Assembly: GCA_013265495.1 (NCBI GenBank)
Contig: MU058213.1
Location: forward strand, 4,984,854 to 5,048,853
Direction: 5' to 3'
Length of the DNA stretch: 64,000 bases
Source: Vicugna vicugna
Lineage: Eukaryota
This document shows positions 23,387-36,972 of this stretch, in pieces; within the stretch, counting starts at the first letter, position 1; every line of letters begins with the position of its first letter. The notes below the pieces were generated by a model. That model had not been told where the DNA came from, ran no database searches, and saw nothing but the letters and a program-made list of their open reading frames with translations. The translations under genes were made by a program, and so were the position numbers.

Positions 23387-23683
23387 AGATTGTTTAAATG
23401 CTCTTAACCACATCTATTTTTCAAGAATTTGGGCTTGGCATGTCCAGTACCCAAATAAATGGAAGGGCTCTTCAGATCTGACCCCGCATGTCTTCCCAGA
23501 AGAACTGGCATAGAGAAACACCCTGCAAGTTATTCGCATTACAAATTTTCTCCTCCACTCAAAAATCTGAAATAAAATTCATGTTGACACAATCTGGAAC
23601 TAGGAACAGGGGCCATCCAGAAAGTTCTGTAAGCAACCCTCTCCACCCAGAGGGCACCGTAAGAACAACGCTGTGGACTTTCA

Positions 23684-23697
23684 CCACTAGAGGGCTC
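23684..23697 (+). promoter_or_regulatory. Candidate CTCF site (forward)
   Basis: CCACTAGAGGGCTC closely matches the CTCF core CCASYAGRKGGCRS; weaker copy CACCCAGAGGGCAC 40 bp upstream. Confidence 0.5.
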
Positions 23698-24734
23698 GGC
23701 CTGAATGACACTTTAAAATGTTCCGAGGACAGTCCTTACCCATTTTCAGATTTTCAGACAAAGTTGGTCCCAACAAGGTAACTTGCCACAGATTATTGTT
23801 ACTGTTCACTTTCGGTACATTAAATATATGTCCCTGCCTTGTGCTCCCTGCCCCCAACTAAATTTTATACTTTAAAAGTATTGGCAACACAAGACACAAG
23901 ACTAGTTTGCTAACTTTGTTCAAAGTGGTTACTGACCACACTGTTTTGGTGACTCTTCTTGTGAGACCACTGAGGTCAGTGCCATCTCATGAGGCCCCTT
24001 GGGGACCGTCCTGTCTGGTCTCCTCTGTCAGCCCCTTTGTTCCTGCCTGAATCTTCTTTGGAAACAGACACCAATTTTCTCTTCGTGTCTTCTGGTGCTG
24101 GGGGAAGCGGGTGCTTAGTCATTCCTTCCTTCTAAGAGCTGAGAAGTTCTTCAGGGCAACAGCTAGTCAGTTTGTCCCACTGGTCATTCATGCATTCACG
24201 CCTTCATTTCTTCAGCTGACGTGCACAAACCGCCATTACCCACCAGGACTACAGGGCTAATCCTTGACCTCTTGCAATGAAAGTGGGGAATACTAATAAT
24301 TACATATCTGGGAAGTGTGATGTAAGGGTGCTATGGAAACAGGAATTCTCCTCACCCTTCCTCCGGGAAAATTGTTCACTGCTCCCTTTACACTCTTCCT
24401 CTCAAAAGAGACCACATCTTGCTAAAATAATTGTAGCACATCACCAGATACTGCTGTATTAGCTCAATTGAAGGGTGTGGTCTTTGGGTTCCACTTGAAG
24501 CAAAAATATATCTATTAGCAAGACAGCAATAAAAGTGCTCTGAAGGCGAGTCCTAAACTCTTATGCTGAGATAGATTGGGTGGGCAGGGTCGGGAGAGGG
24601 TGGGAAGGTGAGAATGGGAGAGGAGACTTCCTGCTTCGCTGCTAATAAATTAAATGTGTGGCCAAGTCACTTAACTGCTAGGGATCTGAACTGTCCAGTT
24701 TCTCAGATGAAGGCCCTGGACCTGGGGAAAGCCT

Positions 24735-24980
24735 TTTGAAGATGTGTCTCTTAAAACAGAAATCCTGAGGAAAAGGAAACTTGGTGGTGGTCAAAGGAGT
24801 TTGGGAAATGCAGCTTCATCTCTTTCCCCCTCACTCACTATCTCATGGAAATTCAAAATCACCTTAGCACACTAAAGGTTTTGATAGGTTCTAGAATGAA
24901 AAGCCTGTTTAACTTTATTTAACTCAGCATTTCACAAGTGTATTTGCCTGGAGATCCAATTTTATGTAATACCTATTAAT
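24735..24980. mobile_element. hAT-Charlie MITE (MER112-like)
   Basis: TTAGCACACTAAAGG...CCTGTTTAACTTTATTTAACTCAGCATTTCACAA resembles recalled MER112. Confidence 0.55.
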
Positions 24981-27339
24981 ACAGAAATGTTAGACTTGAT
25001 GTCCATTGAAAAGCCAATAAACATTTATTGAGCGCCTACTTTGTGCTAGGAAGTTACCTCTCGGGCTGTATTACATGAGTTTATGGATCTCATGATTTAA
25101 TCACACAAACAGCGTGGACGGAGATTTTTCCACAGATAAGACCTTCTAATTAATCTGTGCACAGTTCCCAGGAGTGATTTCCTCCCTTCCAGAGGGCACT
25201 GTTTAATAGCATTAGTGGTTTTTCACATTGGTGCCAAGTTTTTTCTTCACATTATATTGGCGTTCAAATCAGATTTAATTCTTTTAAATTAATAGAGGGA
25301 ACAGCAATGGCTAAGTAGTGTTAACCTCGTGCAGATTGTAACTGCCCACTGGATCCTAGCCGAGGCTTGACCGAGGATGCAGATACACAAGATTTTCTTG
25401 GAATGTTTACATAAACTTCATTGACTCATGACTCCTTTCCTTGGGTTCTAGGTGCTTTAACGGTTTGGGTAAAATTCAGTTAGTTTTGGAAAAGAGGAAC
25501 TTTCAGAGCATGTTTCTTTTGTACAGCTGATTAAAAGCAGAATTCCTATCTGATCAGCTCAAAAATAGACTCATTTTGTCTTCTGTCACTTTCACATGAA
25601 GGCCAAAGACATCCTCTTTAAAATGTTCTCCCAGGTGTCCCAGGAAGTGAGTTTTGACAGAGAGCCTGGTTTCCTTTATTTTAAAGTCATTCTACTTGAA
25701 GTTTTTTAAAGAAGACAGGGTATGAGAGACAGAAGGAGGGGAAGGAAATGCACACGGGTTCATGGTGAGAAATCCCATTGCTTGTTCTAATTTTACCTTA
25801 TCTAACATTAGGGAAAAAGAATGGGCAGGAAGTTTGAATCTGCACGTTAGGCATTCCAAAATCTGGATTCTGTATTCTTTTTTATGCTCTGAAATTGACT
25901 TTATGCTGCTGATGGTAATGCCAAAATGTTAGCTGCTGATAAATATTATCTTTGTGGAGACACAGGGCATCATCGTATGTGAAGTCTGCAGACTAATTTT
26001 TAATGCAAGCCCAGCAGATTTTTGTGGATACGGGCCAGGAATTTTAATGAAAGAAAACATCAAAGATGCAGAAGAAATGAGAATATTAGTCAAGGAAGAT
26101 ACACAGCGATGCTCTCTGATAACCCCTGTTATTGACATTAGAACTCTGTGGGAGCAACTTAAATAAACATCTGGACACTGAGTTTAGACATTTTCAGTGA
26201 CAAACCCCAGACAGATCTTTTCGACTTGCAATAATAAATATTTCAGAGGCTATATGAATCAACTGAAAATCCTGTTTTCAATTATTCTAGTTTTATAAAT
26301 AGAGCATAGTTAATTATTCAAGTATAGAATTTCTTTTGAAGATTAGGTGAATTTTATATTTCCTTTGTCCATGTTATACTTCAGTTTTATTATTCATATC
26401 AAATTTATGTCTGTGTGTTCAAAAATAATATGGTTAGCTTGCCAGATACTATTAAATCAGAATCCAGCTGAGCTTGATTTTTTTATTATTGTATTTTCAG
26501 GAAAGACTCTTTTACGGCCCTCAGCACTGCTGTGCTGTGAACTTCTGCAGCATGGCCAGCTCCGGCGAACACAACAGTGACAGAGAAACGGGAGGAGGGA
26601 CTCCCTAGGTCTTTTTTAACCAACCTCCTTTGATTGCTTGGAGATGTCTGGCCATTAGTTAGGCAGGAAGGGACCAGAGGGGCAGCAAGTTGGTGAATGC
26701 TTCAAGAGTGCAGAACTTGATGAAAAGACTGACTCAAGCAAAAATAGCTAAGGAGTCCATGACCAAAGTGGCTCGAATGGTCCTGTTGGTTGCTTCAGCA
26801 CCTTTTATAAAATGCATACAGACTTTCCCCTCAAAGTTGAAAATAAGAAAGAGAAATGTGATGAAGTGCCTATATGACCTCCAGAGAGCCTAAACTCTCG
26901 CGCGTGAACCTTTAGCATCTGCGGCAGACAGTCCTCCATGTTTATGACCCACTCTGGCGCTGAGACTGGGACAGGGAGAGGGTCGTCCTGGTTAGAGGTT
27001 GGCTTAACAGCTGTTGGAAGCTTGTCATGTGGCCCTTACCAGAATGTATTTGTGAAACAGTTACGTACACCCTGGTTCTCTCCCAACCCGACCAGACAGC
27101 AAACTCAGGGCCTGGGACTAGCTCTTCCCTGGATCTGGCTCGGAGGATACCCTTTAAAAATGCTTTGAGTTAAGAGGTCCTAGTTCCGCTTCTGGTCATC
27201 TGGGGGAGGAGAACGTGTTAGGCAAGCCAAGCCACAGTATCTCCATCGTCCAGTTTTAAATTTAGGATGTGATCATCGTAGCCAACATTCATTGAGTTCT
27301 TATTCAATACACGGCACTGTGTTAGGAGCAACATTAAAG

Positions 27340-28620
27340 AAATATATGTATATAATATAAAAAGTCAACTGGAAGGTTTATAATAAAAAACAGCAACCCT
27401 CCTTCCAAAATTTATCTCATTTCTACAGCTACTACTTGAGCTGCTTCTCAGTTATTTATCTCCAGATTTCTAAATAACATGTTCATGATGCCATCATTTA
27501 ATTTTGACAACAGACACTATCTACTGATTGAAGAGCGTGGTTTAGCTCCTGTACCCATCCACCCTCTCACATTTCTGCTCCTCTCCTTCTCCCAAATTTT
27601 GACTAAATACTCAGTGTTTACAGATGTAAACCACATTTTCTATTGACAATACTTCCAAAGTATTGTAAGGTTCCACGTCCTTTTTTATATGACTTGCATT
27701 TGCTTTGGAATTCATAATCACTTTGTTTAGGTGTTTGCTTGATTTTTTATGTGCCTGGAAAAGGAAGCCTCCAATGTTCCAACAGAAGCATTACGCTCCA
27801 CTCCATGTTGTCAAACAAGTCAGGTTAACTTCAGTTCTTTTTCACGTGGAGCCTTCCCTGTGAGAGCCCCTTGTCCTGCTCCACTCTGGGCAGACTGGTC
27901 TCTTGGTCGGTCACATGCAGCCATCCGGAGCCTTCCCTTCTCTCATCCTGGAATTACCTTTACCACACTCTTGTGTCTGATACTGGAGCCCATGTCGTCT
28001 TTTTTTCCCTTAAGTTTTGAAAAACACATTTCCCATCCAATATAGCAGCAGCAGAAAGGCTGAATTATCCTTATGCTTGATTCATAGTTTGGCTGGGTAT
28101 AGAATTCCAAGAAGGAAATCATTTTCCCTTTGGATCTGAAGGCATTTGTTTCATCCTGATCCCAAATCCTTTGTATATGACCTCTCTCTCCCCTTCTTTC
28201 AACATTTAGGCTTTTTTAAATTCCTAGGATATTGAAATCCATGATGACCACCTTTGACATTAGCCACTCCCCGACTTTGGTGGACTTTTGTTTGTTTGTT
28301 TTTGTGGAGCTGTGGGGAGGGTAGCTACTGGTCGGATCTGTCCAGTCTAGAAAAGCATGACTTCATTTCTGGGACGTTTTCTTGTATCAGTTATTTGATA
28401 ACTTATTCCTTGCCATTTTCTATCTTCTTATTCTGGAACTGTTGGGCAGGCCATGGATCTCTTGGATGATTGTTATACTCTTGTTCATAGTCATTATAGT
28501 TCTCATTTTTGTTTCATTCTGCTCCTTGAAGTATCTGTTTCTTTCAAGTGCCTTTTCTGCCCTATTTGCTTTTGATCTATCATGTTAGAGGCCCTCTTCT
28601 GATTTCTTCCATCTTGGCTC
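27340..28620 (-). mobile_element. Old L1 (L1M) fragments
   Basis: T-rich degenerate sequence with the L1 hallmark TAGTTTGGCTGGGTATAGAATTC...AAATCATTTTCCCT. Confidence 0.6.
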
Positions 28621-29459
28621 TCTTGTTATTAAAAAGTTGAGGGGAGGTGCTGTGCCTGGGCCTAGAGTGATGGGGGCACCCAGCCTTCCTGGGGGAGATC
28701 CCCAAGAGTCAGCCCTGTCCATCTTTCTCTTGTGCTGGCCGGGCTCTTCAGAAAGCCTCCTGCCCATGGGGTGTGCCCCTGGCTGCCAGGATTCAGAGAG
28801 AACTGGGACTCTCACTGTTCAGCTTGCCATCTTTCACTCTCTCCCCCTATTTTTAGTTTATTGCCTCTCCCCACCTTCACTGTGCATCCTTGAGTGTCCT
28901 TCAGTGCCTACTGAGTGTCCCTGAGTCTGTCCCTCTCTGGTCTCTCTCTAGAAGGTGACCACCGCATTTAAGTGCTGAGGGAAGGGGTGTGGGCGTCTGT
29001 CTAACCCTCTGCACACCATTAGTGAGTCCTCCAATTTTTAGACTACAGCTCTCACACTGACTTGTAGAGAGTCCCTCACCCCCATTTCTGAACCTTCTGG
29101 GGGTCAGTGGTGTGAACTGGCTCACTTTTTATTGGTTTCTCCTGCTCTGTTGACAGTTCTGTATCAGCGTTCCCGACCCTAGCAGGTGGGTTGGTATAAT
29201 CTTTACTCTTTTACTATCATTTCAGTCGGGCTTCAGAAGAGCATGGATTTAAGTGCATGTACTCCATCCGCAGTGTTTAACTGGAAGTCTGAAGCAGTCT
29301 TCTGATAAACTTACAGTGCAGGAATGATGATTATCCCTGTCTTACACAAGCTGCAACAGGCATAGTTGAGGTCACACAGCCAGGAAGTGAGAGTTGGATC
29401 TTAAACCCAGCTCGGTGTGACACTTTGCCGCAGAGGACAGGACTCCGTGGTCTCCAAAG

Positions 29460-29636
29460 CAGTGGTTCTCACCCTTGTTTGACACCAGAACCACCCAGGG
29501 AGCTTTAAAAAATATTAATACTTGGGCCACACTGAAACTAATTAAATCAGAGTCTCTGAGGAGGGACTCAGGCACTGATGGTTTTTAAGAGCTCTCCCGG
29601 GAGATTCTAATGTGCATCCTGGACTGAGAACCACTG
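29460..29636. mobile_element. MER5A-type hAT-Charlie MITE
   Basis: Perfect 12-bp TIRs CAGTGGTTCTCA / TGAGAACCACTG; internal AATCAGAGTCTCTG and GATTCTAATGTGCA. Confidence 0.88.
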
Positions 29637-29803
29637 TTCTGAATTCTCTTCCAGCTCCAGATTCTTTCTACCACTTTCATTTCAGAGCAGAGGATGACCC
29701 TGCAGTGGGACGGTCTGGACCTCCCTGTGAAGCTCCCCAGGCCCCCTCCTTAATTACCCTCCATCCCTCCACCGCGTTCACTTTGTCACCAGCTCTATTC
29801 AGA

Positions 29804-29986
29804 CAGGGTTGCCAGAAATAGCAAAAATAAAAACAGGACTCTTAGTTAAATTTGAATTTCAGATAAACAACAAAATTTTTTAGCCTAATGTTCCCTGTTT
29901 GTGACATACTTCTACTAAAAAATTACTTGTTGATTCTTTAAAATTCAAATTTAATGGCGGGTCCTGCACTCCATCTGGCAACTCTA
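29804..29986. mobile_element. MER53 palindromic hAT MITE
   Basis: AGGGTTGCCAGA...AGTTAAATTTGAATTTCAGATAAACAAC...AAATTCAAATTTAA...TCTGGCAACTCTA. Confidence 0.88.
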
Positions 29987-30499
29987 TGTTCCGAGCTACA
30001 GAATGCTCTGCAGAACACTCCAGGTTGATAGAACTTTCTTTCTGGAAGCGGGCAGCCTCCTAGCCTCCTGTGTCCCCAAGGCACCCGTGGCATTGCCCGT
30101 CCACCTCCCCCTGCCCTCCCCCAGAGTGGAATCCAGTGACTGCCCATCTCATCTCCTCCTTTTACTGACCCCACGCTCATGTCTCTCAATGACCTCTTCC
30201 GATATGTCTTATTCATTTTCCCCTCTGTGTCCCTAGAGCCCTTTGTTTGAGACGACGAACAGACCGAAGTTCCGAGTTCATCGTGTGTCCTGTGAGATAC
30301 CGCACATCTGCTTTCTCGATTTGCCTGAGCACACCTCCGGGGCTGAGACCTCGTCTTGTTCACGGTCACGTCCCTTCAGCACGTGTGTCTCCAGGGTGTG
30401 GCAGTGCAGCGTGGAGGCACTTAGGAAGCTGGGCGGTTGTGTCCCCTCACGCCCTCCTCCCTTAGGCTGCCAGCTGTCCTTTGCTTTGGCAAACCTCCT

Positions 30500-30645
30500 T
30501 GTCCTGGCAAGCCGAACTCCAGGGCATGCAATTTAAGGAGGCACTCACTCTCAGGTTCCTGCAAGTACTGCCCCTGAACTGGCACGACCCCGGGAGAGGG
30601 TCACCACAGCAGCGCCTGGCTTGCGTCACTCTAGTCTGGCCTGAC
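30500..30645. mobile_element. MER96-like hAT-Tip100 MITE
   Basis: AATTTAAGGAGGCACTCACTCTCAGG...GCACGACCC...GCTTGCGTCACTCTAGTC. Confidence 0.7.
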
Positions 30646-33600
30646 TCTTAGGGAGGGAGCACCTACTGCCTGGCCCCGAAGACAACAGGCCTGGAGCATC
30701 CAAGTAACAGAGCGTGTTTCCCAATCCCCGCTGCTCGGCGCGTCTCCCGGTCTCACCCATGGCACATGAACGCTGAGGCCGTGCCTGCAGAGGCGACGGT
30801 GGGGCCACTGGCACAGGGTGAGAGCGAAACATACAGCCCAGGTACACAGAGGACTCCCCTAACTTTCTAAGGTCTATTTGTCTGTAGACAAATATTTAGA
30901 AAATTAGTAGTAAAAATGAGAATCAGTTCCTGTTCTCAAAGAGGTTATGGTGTGTATCTTAAGTTAAAATTATATACCTCTCAGTTCATAAAAAATATAT
31001 CCTTCCAAAACGTACAACAGATCACAAAACTTTCTGCATTATCTATAGCAGAAATAAGGTCTTTGATGCTGTTAACGGGCCGTGTTATTGCAGAAGTCAC
31101 TTAACCTCATGGACCTGCGTTTCTTTGTAAGATGGGGAGGCTCAGATGAGACAATCTTTAGACCCGTCTGTATTTTAAAACTTCCAGGATTTCCCTTATC
31201 TTAATATTCCATTCCCTACTAAACTTATCTCCTACCAAGTGACAAAAATATTTCTATTTTGGAGAGCTTTCCTGATTTATCACGTATTTTAATCTAGTTC
31301 CATATGCCGGCACTGCTTTGTCTAAAACCTGTATTATAATTTTTTAAATGCAATTTGTCCTTTATAACTCTTTTCTATGTCCCATAAAAATGATGGATAG
31401 GGGAAGGCAGATAAAGCTACAGATCAATCTCAGATTCTGATAATCTAATAAATGCTTTGAGCACCAATCTCGCAGTTTATGACCTCTTGCCAATTGATTT
31501 ACGGCCTTGCAGTAAATTTTCTCTCCCACTTACCCAATATTTATTGGAACATCTTGCTCTTAACAGACAAAGTACTGTATAAAACATCTGTCAAAACAAA
31601 AGGCAATTCAATTAAATATCTTTTACTTCTAAATCTACTTCTCCAGTTCTTTCCAGCATCCTCACTGCAAAACAACAAGCCATGCTATGGACCACCCTGG
31701 AGCAAGGTTTCAGGAACACAGAACGTACCAGAAGAATCAGTAGAGCAAAAGCTAACCTGAAAGGAGTGAAAAATCCTTATTTACTCCACATTAGAGGCCG
31801 GACCCTGCCCGTACTAATGCCCGGACTGGCCTAGCAGTTCCTGATTGGTAATGGCTCTGTTACTCTTTTCCCTCCTCACAGACCCCACAATTTCAATGGT
31901 TCTCTTTAGAAACAAACCTAATTTACTTGGTGGGGAGTAGCTTTGTTATCAACCCAAACATGTACGCCTCACCAACTTTCCTGGTTAGTCTGTGATAATC
32001 CACGTTCACTCACAGGGTAGATACAGCCACAAACAAAGGAAAAGAAACATATGTACAATTTCTTTAGGTGCTGGGAGGAATCGAAATACTATGTCTCTCC
32101 CTTCCACTGTCTTTGAAGGAACCACTAATAGAAACTGATACATTTCTCAGTTAGATTCTCTTTTTCCTCCTAGCATTTCCAGTGGAGGAAAAAAGAGCCT
32201 AATTCTCCAAGAATCACAATAGCCAGAGGGCACCTCGGGGTTTCTGCAGCAGAGGTGGACGTGCCTGTTTGGCCGGAGGGTCTCCTCTGTGTAAGGGTGA
32301 GACGCGCTCCCATCAGTGTCCTCGACCCTTCATTTGGACCTGCAGACCCTCAGCTCTACTCCCACGGTCAGAGTATGGATGGTCTGGGTACGTGGCTTAG
32401 TGAGCCCTGAGTCACAACGTTTCCACCGTTTCAATTCCTCCAGAATTCAAGGTTTCAATTTTGTTCTTCTTGCTGCTAAATGCTCCCCAAATGTAACATG
32501 GGCCGGTGACATATTGAAAGCATATGTATGTTTACCTCCATATTGATGTCATTTCCTGTAACACCAGGAATCATACGTGAAGTGCGGGGAGGTGGGGCAT
32601 GAGTAGGGGGATCTGACAGGCAGAAGCAAAGGCCAAATGTAATCCAGGAGAGGACTCTGCAGTATTTTTGATGTTAAGGTTGAAACCTGAGATATATCCT
32701 TATCTTAAGGGGGGGAGGGGAAGCATCCTGTAGATGGACATCAAGTGTACTTGAACTATTTCCTTTTTGTCCTAAATCATGGAAATTTTGGAAACAGTCT
32801 TACCTGTAGACTTTCGCATTAATTGTCACTGTAAATGCTGAGAAACACTCCAGTGAAAGCAGGCGGACCTGCAAGACTCTGCATTTAACACCCACAACCT
32901 CCAAACCTCTCCGAGACCTGCCACCTTCCAGAGCAGACCTGGAGCACGTGAGGAGCAGCATGTGCAGGGAGGCCCCTACCTACTGTGTCCCTGTGTCTCC
33001 TGCCTTCTCAGGTAAAGCACAGCTGTGCCAAAAGCCACCTACTCAGGGCCTGTCTGCCCCAGTAGTGCCCCCTCACTGGCCTGTTTCCCACGGGCCCAGC
33101 GTCCTTCCCCCAGAGAGCATTAGGCTCTTCGATCAGAAGTCCCACTTGGGCATTGGCTGGCTGCCTGGCCTTGGGCAGGTTACTCAGTCTTTTGTGCTTG
33201 TAAATGGGTTTTGTGAAGATGAAATAATCTGGTGCATGCAAAGCACTCAGTGCGCTGATCAGCACCGTTAGGGGCGTAGTAAATGTTGATTCTTCTTAGC
33301 AGTGTGATAAACCTTTTCTGAGGGGAAGTACCCAGGTATGATAAGTGCCTCGGACACTTGCTTCTGCATCCTCACGTCAAAATGCCTTTGGCCAGAGTAT
33401 GGAGACTCCTGGATCTTCACTCAATGCCACCAGGAAAGGCAGCCTGAGGCGACTACAGCGTGCGACCATGAGGGAGGCCTCAGCCGTTCTCACCAGAGCT
33501 GGGAAGTCCACACGATGGCGGTAAAATTCACCAAAGCACTCCCGGAGCTCTGCTGGGCACCTCGCCTGCAGATGCCGCGGGGAGTGAGCAGAGCCGGTTC

Positions 33601-36087
33601 CTGTCCACAGGGGGCTTCCGGTCGGGAAGTGGGGAGAGGAGCCCACAAATCACTGCCCTGCAGGTGTCCGGCCATTTTCCTTCTATTCTGCTGGCTACAG
33701 GCACTGCCCTTCCCACGACGCTCACTCCCTGCCCAGCTCCACCCGGCCCCCACCCGCCAGAAGTTTGGGCCATCGCTCCCTGGTCTCACTGTGATGCCTC
33801 TCTGTCATGGGTCCCCACGACACTCAGGCTTTGGTCCTTGAGTGCACCGCCCCATGAGGGAGGTGGATGGGCCCAGCTGCAGGGTACAGAGGGCAGAGGG
33901 AAAACCTGCTTCGGGTGGCAGGTTCTTCACATGGTCTATCAGTCTGTGGTCTTCAGGTTGGGCCCAGAGGGCCCGGGTCCTCGGAAACTCCCTCTCCCTA
34001 GCATTCCAGTAGTTCCGCCATTTCGGAGAACATGACAGAACGTTCAGTGTGTGGGAGGCACTGTGCTAAAGCACTTCATACTATCATCTCAATGTTCTTA
34101 TCAGTCCTCAGAAATCAGCACTAGAATTATCCTGATTTTAGAGATGAGGACGTGGAGGCTTAACAAGGCTGGGGAGTGTGCCCGGTGCCTGGCGTTTGTC
34201 AGCTGCAGAGCTGGGGCTGAATTCCATTTCATAGTCTCTCCTCTCTTTCCAGTTCCATGTGGCTTCTGCTGGGGGCCCAGACACGTCTGGTGCTCCAGTT
34301 CTGTTCCATCCAAAACCTGATTTCTCTGCCTGACAGTTAAGGTCTTCGGTAGGCGGGGACCGGTCAGTCCCGTGCCATCACCTGTCCTCTCCTCTGCAAT
34401 CATCCCAGGCTGCTCTCTACCTCTGCACCAGCAGCTGGAAGCCCATCTCACCCCTGCAGCCTCCAGGAGACCTGACTGAAGTGGAGCTGCCTCCGCCATG
34501 GCCTCCAGGACCTCGCCTCCCTGATTCTCTGCAGCACTCCAGGGTCTCACGTGTCCACCCGCGGGGTCAGCTCTGCAAGCACGCGTCTGGCAGGACTCCT
34601 AGCGCTGAGACTGAGGGTGCTCGGGCTGTGTGTGCAATGTTGCCTCCGGTCAAGTCCGTGTTCCCCATGACACAGATGCAGTAAAAAGGCTTAACCACAT
34701 ATAGGATGTTGATCTGACACTTTGAATTATTACTCCTAGTTTGCTTGAGTTTACTGTTGCCACGTTGACCATTCAGACAATAACTCAACAATAAGAAAGG
34801 GCTGGGAAACCATGGCACAACGGTGCTCTGATGAAATGCACAACATTTGTCTGCTTGGATGCATGACCTACCACTTCGCAGTGTGCCATCGTGAGCCCAG
34901 GGACCTGTCACTTGTCCTTGGACCTGGTACCAAAACCTGCGTGCAGAGCGAGCCTTCACTCACCCCCAAGTGCAACCAACTGAAAGTGCTCCTCCTGGGA
35001 GGTGCCACCTTTTTTAACTGGAACCCAAGCCATAAGGAAAAGGTTTCATGGAGACACTGCAGGCATCTGCAGGCCAGGGGGAGCTTGCTTAGCCCCTAAA
35101 GTTACACCGAGGCTCCCCGAGTTCATCCTGGTGTGGATGTTTTTGTTACTCTCCAAGGGATAATTTTTGCAGAAAGATCTCAGGGTGGGAAGCTCGGGGC
35201 CCCACTGGCTGAGGGAGTTCCTGTGCCAGCTGATAAGTGTGTCTGTCAGCTCCTTGAGAAAGGGGCGCCCCATAACCTGACCTTGCTCTTCCCCTTACCT
35301 CGGGGGCTGCTTCTCTGTGGGCGCCCCTCCTTTCCCCCACCTGCTCGCCAACAACGGCTGCTTTCAGCCCCCGCCCTGCTCTTCGTCATGCCCTTCTCTG
35401 CAGGCTTGTCCGTTCTCCTGCTTTCATTAGCACCTCTTTGCAGATGACATGCAAGTCAACCTTTCCAGCCATGACCCCTTCCTGTGCCCCAGGCTGCAAG
35501 TCCAACCGCTGACAGGACATCTCCACTCACACCCTCGAGCCCCCAGCCTCGGTGCGTCCAAAGCGCCCGTCTCCACCTGCTCCCTCCCTCACCCACGTGT
35601 CCGTCTCCATCAGGGCTCCTGCTGGAAACCTTGGAGTCAGTTATCAAAAGCCTGTTGAATGCCTGCTGTGTGTCAGGCAGCATGCTAAGGCTCAGGGTAG
35701 AGAGATGAATAAAAGCCACGGCAAGACTTCAGGCGCTCAGTCTAGGGAAGGGAGAGAGGCCCCAACAGGTCCAGACTGTCCCTAGAGGAGAGCGGTGTGC
35801 AGGGCAGCATTGAACGGATGCCTCTTTGGGGAGGAGACTCTCAGTCTTGGCTGGCCTTGCCCTTCCTCCCCACCCCTACTGCCATCCTCTTGGTCCCGTC
35901 CCACATCACTCACACCTAGATTCCTGTTAACTCTCTTCTCTCTGTCTCCTTGATGGTGACTTTCTCTCCATCGCCAGCTAATTTCCCCAAACTCCTACTC
36001 TACCTACCAGTTTACTCTAATTCTCAAGAAAGAAAAAAAAACAAAAGACCACCCTGGTGCCCCATCCTCTCTCTGTAGCCTTATTTC

Positions 36088-36330
36088 AGCGCAGTGGTGA
36101 GCACACGGGCTCTGGGGTCAGGCTTACTGGGTTGGAATTTCAGCTCTGCTAGTTAATTGCTGTGGGCCTTTGACAAGCTGTTAACCATCTTGTACCTCAG
36201 TTTCCTCATCTGTAAAATAGGGACCATCATAATAATACCTACATTTTAGAGTTGTAAGGGCAGAATGCCTTAATCCCGGCAAAAATTACAGGAAGCACTG
36301 AGTAAGTGGGAGTTACTATTATTATTATTC
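36088..36330 (+). mobile_element. MIR SINE, near full length
   Basis: GCAGTGGTGAGCACACGGGCTCTGGGGTCAG...CCTCAGTTTCCTCATCTGTAAAATAGGG...ATAATACCTAC. Confidence 0.85.
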
Positions 36331-36753
36331 CTTCCTACTGCTTCCAAGCAGTGGGGGCCCCCTGCTCCTCTGAGGCCTCCCCACAGGCCTTAGGGATTCC
36401 TGTCTCTGTGTTTCTCATGATGGCACCCTCACCTGAGACACCAGGCTTTCCTCATTTCCTCATTATTCCGTTCCTGCCCATTTATCAGACCCAGCTCAGT
36501 TCCCTGAGCCTGCAGGTAATGTCCTCAGCTTCCTCAGTTCCCAGTGACTGAACTCTGTCACCTGGGCTTGGATCACAGATATAATAGAGACCCTTAAATA
36601 CAGTTCTTTGTAGACGTCCCCTAAATGTACTACCCCTCCTTCAGGCAAGCAGAACCTTAACACTGGCAGGGCAGCGTTTAACAAGAAAACACAGTCACCT
36701 CCTGTCTGGATCATGGGAACAGCCTCCCAGCTGCCATGTGCACCCCCTCTGAT

Positions 36754-36972
36754 CAGGGGTGGGCCACCTTTTTTGTACAGGGCCAAATACCAGCTATTTT
36801 AGGCACCGTGGACCATATGCCGACAACACAGCTCTCAAATCCTCAACTCTGCTGCTGCCATGAGAAGGTAGCCAGAGTCAATGGGTCGTTGTGTTCAGAT
36901 TAAAACTGTTATAAAAGCAGACGGTGGGCCCGACTGGCCCCGGCTGTAGTTTGTAGGGGACCTGGACCCCTG
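36754..36972. mobile_element. MER58A-type hAT-Charlie MITE
   Basis: CAGGGGT...ACCCCTG termini; AGGGCCAAATA...TATTTTAGGC, CTCAACTCTGCTGCTG, GTAGTTTG. Confidence 0.8.
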
